DNA of 64,000 nt from Felis catus (GCF_018350175.1 NC_058368.1:40240001-40304000), one strand, 5' to 3'. Counted from the first letter of the stretch, positions 23,062 through 36,279 are shown. Numbers and translations: made by a program. The notes: generated from the letters alone by a model not told the origin.

Positions 23062-26000
23062 TCAGGATCCACATAAGAGTGAAACCATATGGTATCTGTC
23101 TTTCTCTGTATGGCTTATTTCACTTAGCATCACACTCTCCAGTTCCATCCACGTTGCTACAAAAGGCCATATTCCATTTTTTCTCATTGCCACGTAATAT
23201 TCCATTGTGTATATAAACCACAATTTCTTTATCCATTCATCAGTTGATGGACATTTAGGCTCTTTCCATAATTTGGCTATTGTTGAGAGTGCTGCTATGA
23301 ACATTGGGGTACAAGTGGCCCTATGCATCAGTACTCCTGTATCCCTTGGGTAAATTCCTAGCAGTGCTATTGCTGGGTCATAGGGTAGGTCTATTTTTAA
23401 TTTTCTGAGGAAACTCCACACTGCTTTCCAGAGCGGCTGCACCAATTTGCATTCCCACCAACAGTGCAAGAGGGTTCCCGTTTCTCCACATCCTCTCCAG
23501 CATCTATAGTCTCCTGATTTGTTCATTTTGGCCACTCTGACTGGCGTGAGGTGATACCTGAGTGTGGTTTTGATTTGTATTTCCCTGATAAGGAGCGACG
23601 CTGAACATCTTTTCATGTGCCTGTTGGCCATCCGGATGTCTTCTTTAGAGAAGTGTCTATTCATGTTTTCTGCCCATTTCTTCACTGGGTTATTTGTTTT
23701 TCGGGTGTGGAGTTTGGTGAGCTCTTTATAGATTTTGGATACTAGCCCTTTGTCCGATATGTCATTTGCAAATATCTTTTCCCATTCTGTTGGTTGCCTT
23801 TTAGTTTTGTTGGTTGTTTCCTTTGCTGTGCAGAAGCTTTTTATCTTCATAAGGTCCCAGTAATTCACTTTTGCTTTTAATTCCCTTTCCTTTGGGGATG
23901 TGTCAAGTAAGAGATTGCTACGGCTGAGGTCAGAGAGGTCTTTTCCTGCTTTCTCCTCTAAGGTTTTGATGGTTTCCTGTCTCACATTTAGGTCCTTTAT
24001 CCATTTTGAGTTTATTTTTGTGAATGGTGTGAGAAAGTGGTCTAGTTTCAATCTTCTGCATGTTGCTGTCCAGTTCTCCCAGCACCATTTGTTAAAGAGG
24101 CTGTCTTTTTTCCATTGGATGTTCTTTCCTGCTTTGTCAAAGATGAGTTGGCCATACGTTTGTGGGTCTAGTTCTGGGGTTTCTATTCTATTCCATTGGT
24201 CTATGTGTCTGTTTTTGTGCCAATACCATGCTGTCTTGATGATGACAGCTTTGTAGTAGAGGCTAAAGTCTGGGATTGTGATACCTCCTGCTTTGGTCTT
24301 CTTCAAAATTACTTTGGCTATTTGGGGCCTTTTGTGGTTCCATATGAATTTTAGGATTGCTTGTTCTAGTTTTGAGAAGAATGCTGGTGCAATTTTGATT
24401 GGGATTGCATTGAATGTGTAGATAGCTTTGGGTAGTATTGACATTTTGACAATATTTATTTTTCCAATCCATGAGCAGGGAATGTCTTTCCATTTCTTTA
24501 TATCTTCTTCAATTACCCTCATAAGCTTTCTATAGTTTTCAGCATACAGATCTTTTACATCTGTGGTTAGATTTATTCCTAGGTATTTTATGCTTCTTGG
24601 TTCAATTGTGAATGGGATCAGTTTCTTTATTTGTCTTTCTGTTCCTTCATTGTTAGTGTATAAGAATGCAACTGGGGCGCCTGGGTGGCGCAGTCGGCTA
24701 AGCATCCGACTTCAGCTAGGTCACGATCTCGCGGTCGGTGAGTTCGAGCCCCGCGTCGGGCTCTGGGCTGATGGCTCAGAGCCTGGAGCCTGTTTCCGAT
24801 TCTGTGTCTCCCTCTCTCTCTGCCCCTCCCCCGTTCATGCTCTGTCTCTCTCTGTCCCAAAAATAAATAAATGTTGAAAAAAAAAATTAAAAAAAAAAAA
24901 AGAATGCAACTGATTTCTGTACATTGATTTTGTATCCTGCAACTTTGCTGAATTCATGTATCAGTTCTAGCAGACTTCTGGTGGAGTCTATCGGATTTTC
25001 CATGTATAGTATCATGTCATCTGCAAAAAGTGAAAGCTTGACTTCATCTTTGCCAATTTTGATGCCTTTGATTTCCTTTTGTTGTCTGATTGCTGATGCT
25101 AGAACTTCCAACACTATGTTAAACAACAGCGGTGAGAGTGGGCATCCCTGTGTTGTTCCTGATCTCAGGGAAAAAGCTCTCAGTTTTTCCCCATTGAGGA
25201 TGATGTTAGCTGTGGGCTTTTCATAAATGGCTTTTATGATGTTTAAGTATGCTCCTTCTATCCCGACTTTCTCAAGGGTTTTTATTAAGAAAGGTTGCTG
25301 AATTTTGTCAAAGGCCTTTCTGCATCGATTGACAGGATCATATGGTTCTTATCTTTTCTTTTATTAATATGATGTATCACGTTGATTGATTTGCGAATGT
25401 TGAACCAGTCCTGCATCCCTGGAATGAATCCCACTTGATCATGGTGAATAATTCTTTTTATATGCTGTTGAATTCGATTTGCTAGTATCTTATTGAGAAT
25501 TTTTGCATCCATATTCATCAGGGATATTGGCCTGTAGTTCTCTTTTTTTACTGGGTCTCTGTCTGGTTTGGGAATCAAAGTAATACTGGCTTCATAGAAT
25601 GAGTCTGGAAGTTGTCCTTCCCTTTCTATTTTTTGGAATAGCTTGAGAAGGATAGGTATTATCTCTGCTTTAAACGTCTGGTAGAACTCCCCTGGGAAGC
25701 CATCTGGTCCTGGACTCTTATTTGTTGGGAGATTTTTGATAACCGATTCAATTTCTTCGCTGGTTATGGGTCTGTTCAAGCTTGCTATTTCATCCTGATT
25801 GAGTTTTAGAAGAGTGTGGGTGTTTAGGAAGTTGTCCATTTGTTGGCATATAATTTTTCATAGTATTCCCTGATAATTGTTTGTATCTCTGAGGGATTGG
25901 TTGTAATAATTCCATTTTCATTCATGATTTTATCTATTTGGGTCCTCTCCCTTTTCTTTTTGAGAAGCCTGGCTAGAGGTTTGTCAATTTTGTTTATTTT

Positions 26001-27101
26001 TTCAAAAAACCAACTCTTGGTTTCGTTGATCTGCTCTACAGTTTTTTTAGATTCTATATTGTTTATTTCTGCTCTGATCTTTATTATTTCTCTTCTTCTG
26101 CTGGGTTTAGGCTGCCTTTGCTGTTCTGCTTCTAGTTCCTTTAGGTGTGCTGTTAGATTTTCTATTTGGGATTTTTCTGGTTTCTTAAGATAGGCCTGGA
26201 TTGCAATGTATTTTCCTCTCAGGACTGCCTTCGCTGCGTCCCAAAGCGTTTGGATTGTTGTATTTTCATTTTCGTTTGTTTCCATGTAGTTTTTAATTTC
26301 TTCTCTAATTGCCTGGTTGACCCACTCATTCTTTAGTAGGGTGTTCTTTAACCTCCATACTTTTGGAGGCTTTCGAGACTTTTTCCTGTGGTTGATTTCA
26401 AGCCTCATAGCATTGTGGTCTGAAAGTATGCATGGTATAATTTCAATTCTTGTATACTTATGAAGGGCTGTTTTGTGACCCAGTATATGATCTATCTTGG
26501 AGAATGTTCCATGTGCACTCGAGAAGAAAGTATATTCTTTTGCTTTGGGATGCAGAGTTCTAAATATATCTGTCATGTCCATCTGATCCAATGTCTCATT
26601 CAGGGCCCTTGTTTCTTTATTGACCGTGTGCCTAGATTATCTATCCATTTCTGTAAGTGAAGTGTTAAAGTCCCCTGCAATTACCACATTCTTATCAATA
26701 AGGTTGCTTACGTTTATGAGTAATTGTTTTATATATTTGGGGGCTCCCGTATTCGGCGCATAGACATTTATAACTGGTAGCTCTTCCTGATGGAGAGACC
26801 CTGTAATTATTATACAATGCCCTTCTTCATCTCTTGTTACAGCCTTTTATTGAAAGTCTAGTTTGTCTGATATAAGTATGGCTACTCCAGCTTTCTTTTG
26901 GCTTCCAGTAGCATGATAAATAGTTCTCCATCCCCTCACTCTCAATCTAAATGTGTCCTCAGGTCTAAAATGAGTCTCTTGTAGACAGCAAATAGATGGG
27001 TCTTGTTTTTTTATCCATTCTGATACCCTATGTCTTTTGGTTGGCACATTTAATCCATTTACATTCAGTGTTATTACAGAAAGATATGAGTTTAGAGTCA
27101 T
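23062..27101 (-). pseudogene. Disrupted L1 ORF2
   Basis: ORF2 fragments in the track (23062-24705, 24887-25126, 25285-25839, 25824-26591, 26847-27155). SINE insertion at 24674, 1-bp deletion ~25317, ~19-bp deletion ~25841, nonsense change ~26847. Confidence 0.93.
24674..24899 (+). mobile_element. Young SINEC_Fc-type SINE inserted in L1 ORF2
   Basis: GGGGCGCCTGGGTGGCGCAGTCGG head, B-box GTTCGAGCCC, (CT)n, poly(A); TSD AAGAATGCAACT at 24662-24673 and 24900-24911. Confidence 0.97.
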
Positions 27102-27151
27102 TGTGATGTCTGTATGTTTTATGCTTGTAGCGATGTCTCTGGTACTTTGTC

Positions 27152-28041
27152 TCACAGGATTCCCCTTAGGATCTCTTGTAGGGCTGGTTTAATGGTGAGG
27201 AATTCCTTCAGTTTTTGTTTGTTTGGGAAGACCTTTATCTCTCCTTCTATTCTAAATGACAGACTTGCTGGATAAAGGATTCTCGGCTGCATATTTTTTC
27301 TGTTCATCACATTGAAGGTCTCCTGGCATTCCTTTCTGGCCTGCCAAGTTTCAAAAGAGAGATTGGTCACAAGTCTTATAGGTCTCCCTTTATATGTTAG
27401 GGCACGTTTATCCCTTGCTGCTTTCAGAATTTTCTCTTTTATCCTTGTATTTTGCCAGTTTCACTATGATATGTCGTGCAGAAGATCGATTCAAGTTACG
27501 TCTGAAGGGAGTTCTCTGTGCCTGTTGGATTTCAATGTCTTTTTCCTTCTCCAGTTCAGGGAAGTTCTCAGCTATTATTTCTTCAAGTACCCCTTCAGCA
27601 CCTTTCCCTCTCTCTTCCTCCTCTGGGATACCAATTATGCGTATATTATTTCTTTTTAGTGTATCACTTAGTTCTCTAATTTTCCCCTCATACTCCTGGA
27701 TTTTTTTATCTTTTTCTCAGCTTCCTCTTTTTTGTAATTTTATCTTCTAGTTCACCTATTCTCTCCTCTGCCTCTTCAATCCGAGCCATAGACGTTTCCA
27801 TTTTATTTTGCATCTCGTTTAAAGCGGTTTTCAGCTCCTCCTGACTGTTCCTTAGTCCCTTGATCTCTGTAGCAAGAGATTCTCTGCTGTCCTGTATACT
27901 GTTTTCAAGCCCAGCGATTAATTTTATGACTATTATTCTAAATTCACTTTCTGTGATATTATTTAAATCCTTTTTGATCAGCTCATTAGCTGTTGTTATT
28001 TCCTGGAGATTCTTCTGAGGGGAATTCTTCCGCTTGGTCAT
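27152..28041 (-). pseudogene. Frameshifted L1 ORF1
   Basis: ORF1 N-terminus (MTKRKNSPQ...) in 27706-28080 and C-terminus in 27152-27370; indels near 27440 and 27710-27735 relative to the intact copy. Confidence 0.9.
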
Positions 28042-28961
28042 TTTGGATAGTCCCTGGCGTGGTGAGGACCTGCAGGGCACTTCCCCTGTGCTGTGGTGTA
28101 TAACTGGAGTTGGTGGGCGGGGCCGCAGTCATACCTGATGTCTCCCCCCAGCCCACCGCTGGGACCACAGTCCGACTGGTGTGTGCCTTCTCTTCCCCTC
28201 TCCTAGGGCCGGGATTCACTGTGGGGTGGTGTGGCCCGTCTGGGCTACTTGCACACTGCCAGGCTTGTGGAGCTGGGGATCTGGCATATTAGCTGGGGTG
28301 GGTAGGCAAGGTGCACGGGGGCAGGAGGGGCAGGCTTATCTCGCTTCTTCTTAGGTGATCCACATCAGGAGGGGCCCTGTGGCAGCGGGAGGGAGTCAGA
28401 CCCGCTGCCGGAGGGGTGGCTCCGCAGAAGCACAGTGTTGGGTGTTTGCGCTGAGCAAGCAAGTTCCCTGGCAGGAACTGGTTCTCTTTGGGATTTTGGC
28501 TGGGGGATGGGCGAGGGAGATGGCCCCGGGAGTGCCTTTGTTCCCCTCCAAACTGAGCTCTGTTGTCCCAGGGCTCAGCAACTCTCCCTCCCTTTGTCCT
28601 CCAGCCTTCCTGCTTTCAGAGACATAGCTGTTAACTTATGACCTCCCAGATGCTAAGTCCCGCTTGCTGTGGGAACACGGAACACACTCCGTCCAGCCCC
28701 TCTGCTTTTGCAAGCCAGACTTGGGGGCTCTGCTTGGCTGGCAGGCCGCTCCTCCGCCCCTGGCTCCCTCCCGCCAGTCCGTGGAGCGCGCACCACCTGT
28801 CCTCCCTTCCTATCGTCTTCCGTTTGCCTCTCGTCTGCTCTTGGCTTGGCTTCGGAGACTTAGTTCTGCTAATCCTCTGGCGGTTTTCTGGGTTATTTAG
28901 GCAGGTGTAGGTGGAATCTAAGTGATCAGCAGGACGCGCGGTGAGCCCAGCGTCCTCCTAT

Positions 28962-28972
28962 GCCGCCATATT
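28962..28972 (-). promoter_or_regulatory. YY1-binding motif at L1 5' terminus
   Basis: GCCGCCATATT on + matches the YY1 consensus GCCGCCATNTT, at the position expected for mammalian L1 5' ends. Confidence 0.7.
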
Positions 28973-30495
28973 CCTCCAATCAAGCATTATTTTTCAAATA
29001 AGCTGTCTGCCCCTTTTGCCACTGTCCTTCTTCAATGACTCCTATAATGCATGTTATAATTCCTAACATCATAATGTAATTATTAGTCAAGCTGCTATAA
29101 AGGTCCATGGGGAGACTTTTGAGTGGAAATAATTTTTGTAGTTAATTTGGGTAAATGCTAAGAAGTGTGATTGGTGAATCCTAGTGTGAGTATATATTTA
29201 CTTTTATGAGAAACTATCACCGTGTCTTCCAAAGCAGGTGCGCCATTTTCCCGATACCAAGTAATGTGGTTACTTGTTGCTCTGCATCATTGCCAGTATT
29301 TGGTGCTGTCAGTGTTCTGGATTGGTCACTTTAGTAGATATATAATAGCATTTAATTTTCGTCAGTTTGCATTTCCCTGATGACCTATGTTGTGGGGCAC
29401 ATTTTCATATTCCTATTGGCCATTTTTGTATCTTCTTTGATGAAGTAAATGTCTGTTAAGGTCTTTGGCCTATTTTTAAATTGTGTTGTTTATGTTTTAT
29501 TGCTGAGTTTTAAGAATTCCTTGTGTATTTTGAGTAACAGTCCTTTATCATTTATGTTGTTTTGCAAATTCTTAAAGTCTGTGGTTTTTTAAAATATCTC
29601 TTGACAGTGTCTTTTGCTGAGTTCAAGTTTTTTATTTTAATTTTATTTAGTAAACTGTATCTTAGCGATTCTTTCTGTCCTGAATTGTTCCTTTGGTGTT
29701 GTATCTAAAATATCATCATCAAACCCATGGTTATGTTGATTTTTCCTGTGTTATCTTTTAACAGCTCTTTGGTTTTTTGTTTGTATGTAGATGTGAAGTT
29801 TTTAAAAGACTACCTATTTATTGAAAAGACCATCTTTTTTTTTTCTTTTCTATTTTATTGCCTTTCTCTTTTATCAATCTGCAAACAAAGACAGTTTTTC
29901 TTTCTTCTCAATCTGTATATCTTTAATATGTCATAGGTTTAGCTAGGAATTCAGCTACAGTGTTGAAAAGGAGTGGTGAAAGGGGATAACCTTGTTCCTG
30001 ATCTTGGTGGGAAAGCCTTGAGTTTCTTACCATTAACTGTGACATGACCTAAGTTTTTTGTATGTGTTCTGTATTAAGTTGAGTGAGTTCTCTATTCCTA
30101 GTTTTCTTAGAGTTTTGAACATGAATGGATATTATATTTTGTCAAGGCCTTTTCCTGCTTCTGATGGTATGATTATCTGTTATTTCTTCATTAGCCCTTT
30201 GCTATGATAGTTTATTTTACAATGTTGAGCCAGGCTTACATACTTTGGATAAATCCCACTTGATTGTGCTGTGTCCCTTTTATACATGGTTGGATTTGAT
30301 TTGTTAATATTCTGTTGAAAATTTTGTATCTATATTCATGAGAGATATTGGTCTATAGTTTTTGTGTAGCATGTTTTTCTGGTTTTAGTAATAGGGAATG
30401 CTGCCCTCACAGAATGAGTTAGGTATTTTCCCTTGGCTTCCATCTCTGAAAGCGATTATAGAGGATTAGTATAATTTCCTTAAAATTTTTACTGA

Positions 30496-30650
30496 GGGGT
30501 GTCTGGGTGGCTCAGTGGATTAAGCGGCCAACTTCAACCGGTTTGTGAATTTGAGCCCTGCATCAGTGCAGAGCTTGCCTCATATCTTCTGTCTCCCTCT
30601 CTCTCTGCCCCTCACCTGCTCTTGCTTTCTCTCTCAAAAATAAATAAACA
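30496..30650 (+). mobile_element. CanSINE with internal deletions
   Basis: GGGGTGTCTGGGTGGCTCAG head, CT tract, AAAAATAAATAAAC tail. Confidence 0.85.
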
Positions 30651-30864
30651 CTAATTTCTTTTTTTGATCTCACCATTAAAACTAGCTGTTTTCTATTTGG
30701 AAGCTTATTAGTTACTTATTCAATGTCTTTAATATATATAATCCTATTGCAATGTATTTATTCCTGTGTGAGTTTTTGCCAGTTGTGTCTTTTCAGAGAA
30801 TTGTTGCAGTTGATGTAGATTACTAAATATGTAGACATAGAATTGTTCATAGTATTTTTTAAAC

Positions 30865-31063
30865 TTTTTTTAACATTTTATTTTTTGAGAGACAGAGCAT
30901 GAGCAGGGGAGGGGCAGAAAGAGAGGGATACACAGAATCCAAAGCAGGCTCCACGCTCCGAGCTATCAGTACAGAGCCTGACTGAGGGCTTGAACCCATG
31001 AATGCGAGATCATGACCTGAGCCAAAGTTGGATGCTCAACTGACTGAGCCACCCAGGCACCCC
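30865..31063 (-). mobile_element. CanSINE
   Basis: TSD TGTTCATAGTATT at 30844-30856 and 31064-31076. Confidence 0.93.
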
Positions 31064-33021
31064 TGTTCATAGTATTCTTTATTATCCTTTTAATTTCCCT
31101 GAGATCTATAGTGATGTCCTCTCTTTCAAATCTAATATTAGTAATTTGTGTGCTCACTTATTTTTCTTAGTTAGTCTGGCCAGAGCCTTAGCAATTTTAT
31201 TGGTCTTTCAAAGAACTATCTTTTGGTTTTAGTGATTTTCTCCATTGATTTCCTGTCTTCAGTTTTATTGATTTTACTGTTTTCTTAAGTATTCCTTTAT
31301 ATGATTCCTTTAATATGATGAATTTTAAAATATATTTTTAATACTTGAACTTTCTTACATTCCTTGAATTTTGAAGTATGTTTGGTATTTTAATAATTCT
31401 GTTGATAATATTTTTTCCTTTAGATGTTTATATCTACAATCATAATGGAAATTGATTTAAAATTTTTATATGCCAAATCTTTGCTAGGTTTTGGTATTCT
31501 TTGTAATGATAGAATTTCCAGAGGTAAATCATGAAAACCCACTTTATCTTGTTTAAGCATAATATGCTTTATTAAAGAACATTAAGTAGCAAACTTTATT
31601 ATGTGAAACCATCGTAACGTGGCTTGGAGGTAGTTAGAATAGTATATAATTCACTAAGATTCATGTTTGTCAGATAGTATGAGATTAAACCACAAGAATT
31701 CAGTGTGAGGTGTGCCAACTCAGTGGTGTCTCTAGAAATCCTGTGGCTAGAAAGTAAGTAGAAGAAGGAAGGAAGTCAAGTACAGGAATGATAGAGGAAA
31801 AACATGTTTGGTCCATGATGAATATGAAACAGTTAAACCTTCCACTGATTACTTACTTGCTGAATTTACAAAAGAAGGAGAAAGTAAAATAAAGTTTTCA
31901 TCTTGTTCTAACAGTTTATTTTTATTTTATTGTTGCTAGTATATGCAGCTGAAGTTAATCAGAATTATTGCAGACTTCATACCAAAACCTGGCTATTTTA
32001 TCTTTTCCCAATTGCAAATTTTAAATTGATACATCTTAGACCCTGGAAGAATTTCTACATTTTCAAGAACAGCTGAGTAGAAACAGTTATAAATCTTCCT
32101 ATTTACTAAAATAGCAATCCAGATAGGATAATGTATCCCTTTGGGAATCAAGGATATTAATAATCAAAATTATGAATGGTGCAGCTATAGGGATATTTAT
32201 CATCTACCCATTAATTTTCCTGGTTTGACCTATGCAGCAACCTGATCTGTATTGGAAAATTGACAATAGATTAATAAAGGATATTAATTGGACAGTGATT
32301 GTAATTATAACTGCTTTTCCAGATAATAGTCTCTTTTCTTGGATACTGTGATAAACCTCTGACATTGGGAAGGAGTCATGTGCCTGCAAACTTGTTTCTT
32401 TTTTACTTTTTTAAAAGTTGTTTATTCTGGCAAGTGTAGATTATCAAGAATTAAGCCTTTACATTCCTGCTTTGAGGATAGATGATACTCCATATTTGTG
32501 CCATAATATAGTCTCAAATGACATTGACAGTTCATCATCATCCTGGGACACTTCACTAATAACTTCTTAGTAGACTCTGGAAAAACCAGGAGATCAGGGA
32601 GCAGCAGCAAGTTCAAGTTTGCCAGCTGAAAGGTAAGACCTGTGTCTGAGTAGAAAATAAATCCAGGAAATGTTAAACTTCTGTACCTCATTTAAATTCC
32701 TGGGAATTCAAGTATCTAAGGGAATTGAGAATATTTATTCAAAGTGAAGAATATAATGCCTGGTTTTTCTCTCTGTGTTTTCGTCAGGCTCCTGGCTAAC
32801 CCCCAGGTGGTGTAAAGCAGTAATGGTTAATAAGGGAGCTATTTATAAATTTCTGGGAGGCATGGGAAAAAAAATGGAGGCATCTCAGAGTAGCAGAGAG
32901 AGGGATTTATTATCCCTCTACATCAGAAAGGATGAAAGGAAAAAATAGTTGTACAAATCCAGAGATAGTAGCTGTACCTGCAGAAGATGTTAGCTTGATA
33001 GAAACTTTGTGGTATTATATT

Positions 33022-33236
33022 GGGGTGGCTGGGTGGTTCAGTCAGTTAAGCATCTGACTTTGGTTCAGGTTATGATCTCATGGCTCGTGAGTTCGAGCCC
33101 CATGTTGGGCTCTGTACTGACAGCTCAGAGCCTTGAGCTGTCTTTAGATTCTGTGTCTACCTCTCTCTCTCTGCCCTTCCCCAGCACTCACACTCTGTCT
33201 CTCCTTCAAAAATAAACATTAAAAAAAAAAAAAAAA
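33022..33236 (+). mobile_element. CanSINE (within a probable MLT1 remnant, ~32780-33465)
   Basis: Head GGGGTGGCTGGGTGGTTCAG, GTTCGAGCCC, CT tract, poly(A). Confidence 0.92.
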
Positions 33237-33956
33237 GAAACTATGTTATCTTGTATGGATGTAGCCTTCCTGAAGCAAACAACATTAAGTATGCAATGAA
33301 AGACATACTATAACTTAAATCTCTTGCTCTCCATCTCTTGGGCTATTTATTAATTTAACCAAACCAGAGAACAGTGAAACCCATTGATTTAGTCCAGAAT
33401 GTTTGGCATCCTGTTGATGTGTGAATAGAGATGGATTAGGAGGTATTAACAGATAATATCCAGTAATAGGAGGCAAACATATTGGTAGCTCTCTATGGAG
33501 TTTTGAGGCAAAGTAGATGGTGTCAACTCTCTAGCTCTTGTCCATTTTCTATTTTCTGGATATTAAATAATTAGCAATGGGAACCTTGGGAATCATGGTT
33601 TAGCTGACATTGTGAATTAAGTACTGTCTGGCAAAGCTAGCTATCAGCTGAGCTTATTCAGTGGTATTTCATCATCAAATGCAAGTAGTTTGTATTAACA
33701 GATCCAAGATAAAAACAAGACTGTTGCAAGCCACGCTGTCCCAGCCTACCTGTTTATACTATCAAGCTCTGTATCAGCCACTGTGTTTAACCTCAGTGGT
33801 GCTCCCGTGTGATGCTTACATAAAATGATGGCATTTCTTCTTAGTATCTAGGCTTGTTTGGGGAGTAAATAATCATGACTGGTAATTATTGTCTCTCACA
33901 GAATAGTATAAATCCTTTGGACCAGTGAAGAATATATGACACTATCTCTAATTGCC

Positions 33957-33964
33957 TGTGTGCA

Positions 33965-34008
<44 letters not shown>

Positions 34009-34025
34009 CGTGCGCGTGTGTGTGC
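33957..34025. repeat. (TG)n/(TGCG)n microsatellite
   Basis: Alternating purine-pyrimidine tract of about 65 bp. Confidence 0.95.
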
Positions 34026-34578
34026 ATGTATTTGCTTATACGTGGGTGTATTTAGTTAACCAAAACTAGAAGTGTGGGTTAAGTTTTGCAAGAATATATT
34101 TAATAACTCACTTAAAAGTTCTGTCTGTAATCTCCATGACTCTGACCTCAGTTTGTTTGGAGGTGTTCATAATCAAGTGAGAAAAATGTTCATCAAAGAA
34201 TATAATTAGAAGCCTATTGATAAAGTGGCTGAAATTGCTTCCTGACCATTTGAAACAACTGTTGCCAAGAGGGAAGTGGGAAAAGAGAGAGAGGAAGAAA
34301 GGCTAAAGCGATTGTCATGCTTTTTAAAAGAGAAATAGTGTGGTTGCTAAACAGTGGTGGCAGGAAAGAGAATAGTTAGAACCTGGAGGAATATCTAGTA
34401 CAATAAGATGCTCATTGAAATTTTATTAGAGACCAAGCCTGCAATAATTCCAAAATCTCAGAAAGGAAATTTTGGGAAGTACTTCTACGTAAAGAGCTTT
34501 AACTGGAACATAGAGGTAATATAAGACGAAGTCAGAATTATCAGCTTATAATAGTGTAAAATGTTTACACAACTTAGA

Positions 34579-34781
34579 TTTTTAAGTTTATTTATTTATT
34601 TTGAGGAGACAGAGCGAGTGGAGGCAGAGTAGAGAGAGAGAGGGAGAAAGAAAATCCCAAGCCGACTCCACACCATCATAGTGGAGCCTGATGCAGGGCT
34701 CGAACTCACGAAAACGTGAGATGTGACCTGACCTTACACCAAGAATTGGATGCTTAACCAACTGAGCCACCCAGGCACCCC
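34579..34781 (-). mobile_element. CanSINE
   Basis: TSD TACACAACTTAGA at 34566-34578 and 34782-34794. Confidence 0.93.
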
Positions 34782-35026
34782 TACACAACTTAGAATTATA
34801 ACATTTACCTCTGTTTCTGACTTCACATGAATTACAATTTAAAAAATTTTAATTATTTTTTTCTTTCGCTATACTTATATAGGGTGCTGGGTATGTTTAA
34901 ACTTAGTCTGGAATTTTCCAAATATTATAAACTAAGAAAAAAATAGGTAGCTTTTAGAGACATTGTGTTTGAAGCTGGATATCATAGAGAATGGCTTTGG
35001 ATTGCCTATTTTTAGAGAAGGAAATA

Positions 35027-35070
35027 TTGTGTGTGTGTGTGTGTGTGTGTCTGTGTGTGTATGTGTGTGT
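35027..35070. repeat. Imperfect (TG)n microsatellite
   Basis: Read directly. Confidence 0.9.
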
Positions 35071-35132
35071 AATACATGAAACAGAATCTAACAAGATGGA
35101 GATATTTTAATTGCATCTAGATAAAAAATTGC

Positions 35133-35335
35133 AGGGCCACCTGGGTGGCTTAGGCAGTGGAGCATCTGACTCTTGATTTTGGCTCGGGTCATGATCTCAC
35201 AGTTGGATTTGTGGGATGGAGCCCACATCAGGCTCCACTCTGACAACACAGAGCCTGCTTGGGATTCTCTCTCTCCCCCTCTCTGCTTCTTCCCCACATG
35301 CACACATTCTCTCTCAAAATAAATAATAAATGTAA
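35133..35335 (+). mobile_element. CanSINE
   Basis: TSD AAAAATTGCA flanking; head GGGCCACCTGGGTGGC. Confidence 0.9.
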
Positions 35336-35755
35336 AAAAATTGCATACGTATTGGAATGTGTACTTGTAAGAGGAAACTTTTCCCTCCTTTTTGTACTCT
35401 GTTCTTGTATCAGTAATAACATCATTAGAGCTACAATTTTAGCATTCCATGAAGTCATATTGAGATTATCAGATTACCATGCCTCAAGTGCCACCAATTT
35501 GCCTTTACTAAAGGATGAACTGTGATTCAATCTAGTTAGTTTCCACTTCTGAGAATTTTAATATGGAGTGGAGTATCATAGACTGCATATACTTTGGAGC
35601 TAAATGGATCAAATGATGATAACCTAGAAGAGATTCTCCATAAGCTTTTGCAGCTGTTCTTTAAGTTTTAATTTTATATTTCCTTTGATTTGGTGAGCTG
35701 CCAAGTGAAGTATTCTTTTAATAAATTTCTTTAAGTTTTCCAGAGTCAGTTTCTA

Positions 35756-36279
35756 TTTTTTTATTGAGGTATAATTGAAATACCACATATTATTTTCAGC
35801 CTTACAACATTATTCATCATTTGTATACATTACAAAATGATTGCAACAAATCTGGTTAACATCCATCACTATACATAGTTACAAAGCTTTTTTCATGTGA
35901 TGAGAATTTTTAAGATCTATTGTCTTAGCAACTTTCAAATACACAATACGGTATTATCAACTGTAGTCACCATGCTGTTCATTACATCTCCAAAACTTAT
36001 TTATTTTATAACTGGAAGATTGTACCTTTTGACTCTCTTCACCGTTTGGCCCATCCCTAATTCCCACCTCTCCCTCTGGCAAACCCATTTTGTTCTCTTT
36101 ATGTGTGGGCTGCTTTTGTTTTTGTTTTTGGTTGTTGTTTAAGATTCCACATATAAATGAGATCATATGGTATTTATCTTTCCCTGTTAGACTAACTTTA
36201 TTCAGCATAATGCCTTGAAGGCCCATTCATGTTGTCACTGATAGCAGGATTTCCTCATTTTTATGGCAGAATAATATTC

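Larger units (their letters stand above)
22655..28981 (-). mobile_element. Full-length but inactivated LINE-1 (feline L1)
   Basis: Colinear with the L1 at 50.7-56.6 kb. 5' end GGAGGAATATGGCGGC. TSD AAGCATTA(C/T)TTTT at 22647-22659 and 28982-28994. Inserted in an older L1M. Confidence 0.97.
29120..31500 (-). mobile_element. Old L1M ORF2 fragments
   Basis: Decayed antisense L1 (TTTGCATTTCCCTGATGAC, GAAAAGGAGTGGTGA, GGATAAATCCCACTTGAT, ATATTCATGAGAGATATTGGTC). Confidence 0.8.

Noticed and set aside
23062..24705. 547-aa ORF as a novel SINE-L1 fusion protein
   Set aside because: It is the 3' part of ORF2, read from a non-ATG start inside the antisense SINE; an accident of the insertion.
24674..24760. 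tRNA-like A/B boxes
   Set aside because: tRNA-derived SINE heads with (CT)n/poly(A) tails, not tRNA genes.
28638..28910. 90-aa ATG-initiated antisense ORF in the L1 5'UTR (ORF0-like)
   Set aside because: The same ATG in the younger intact L1 (~56377) closes after 16 codons, so the ORF is not conserved.
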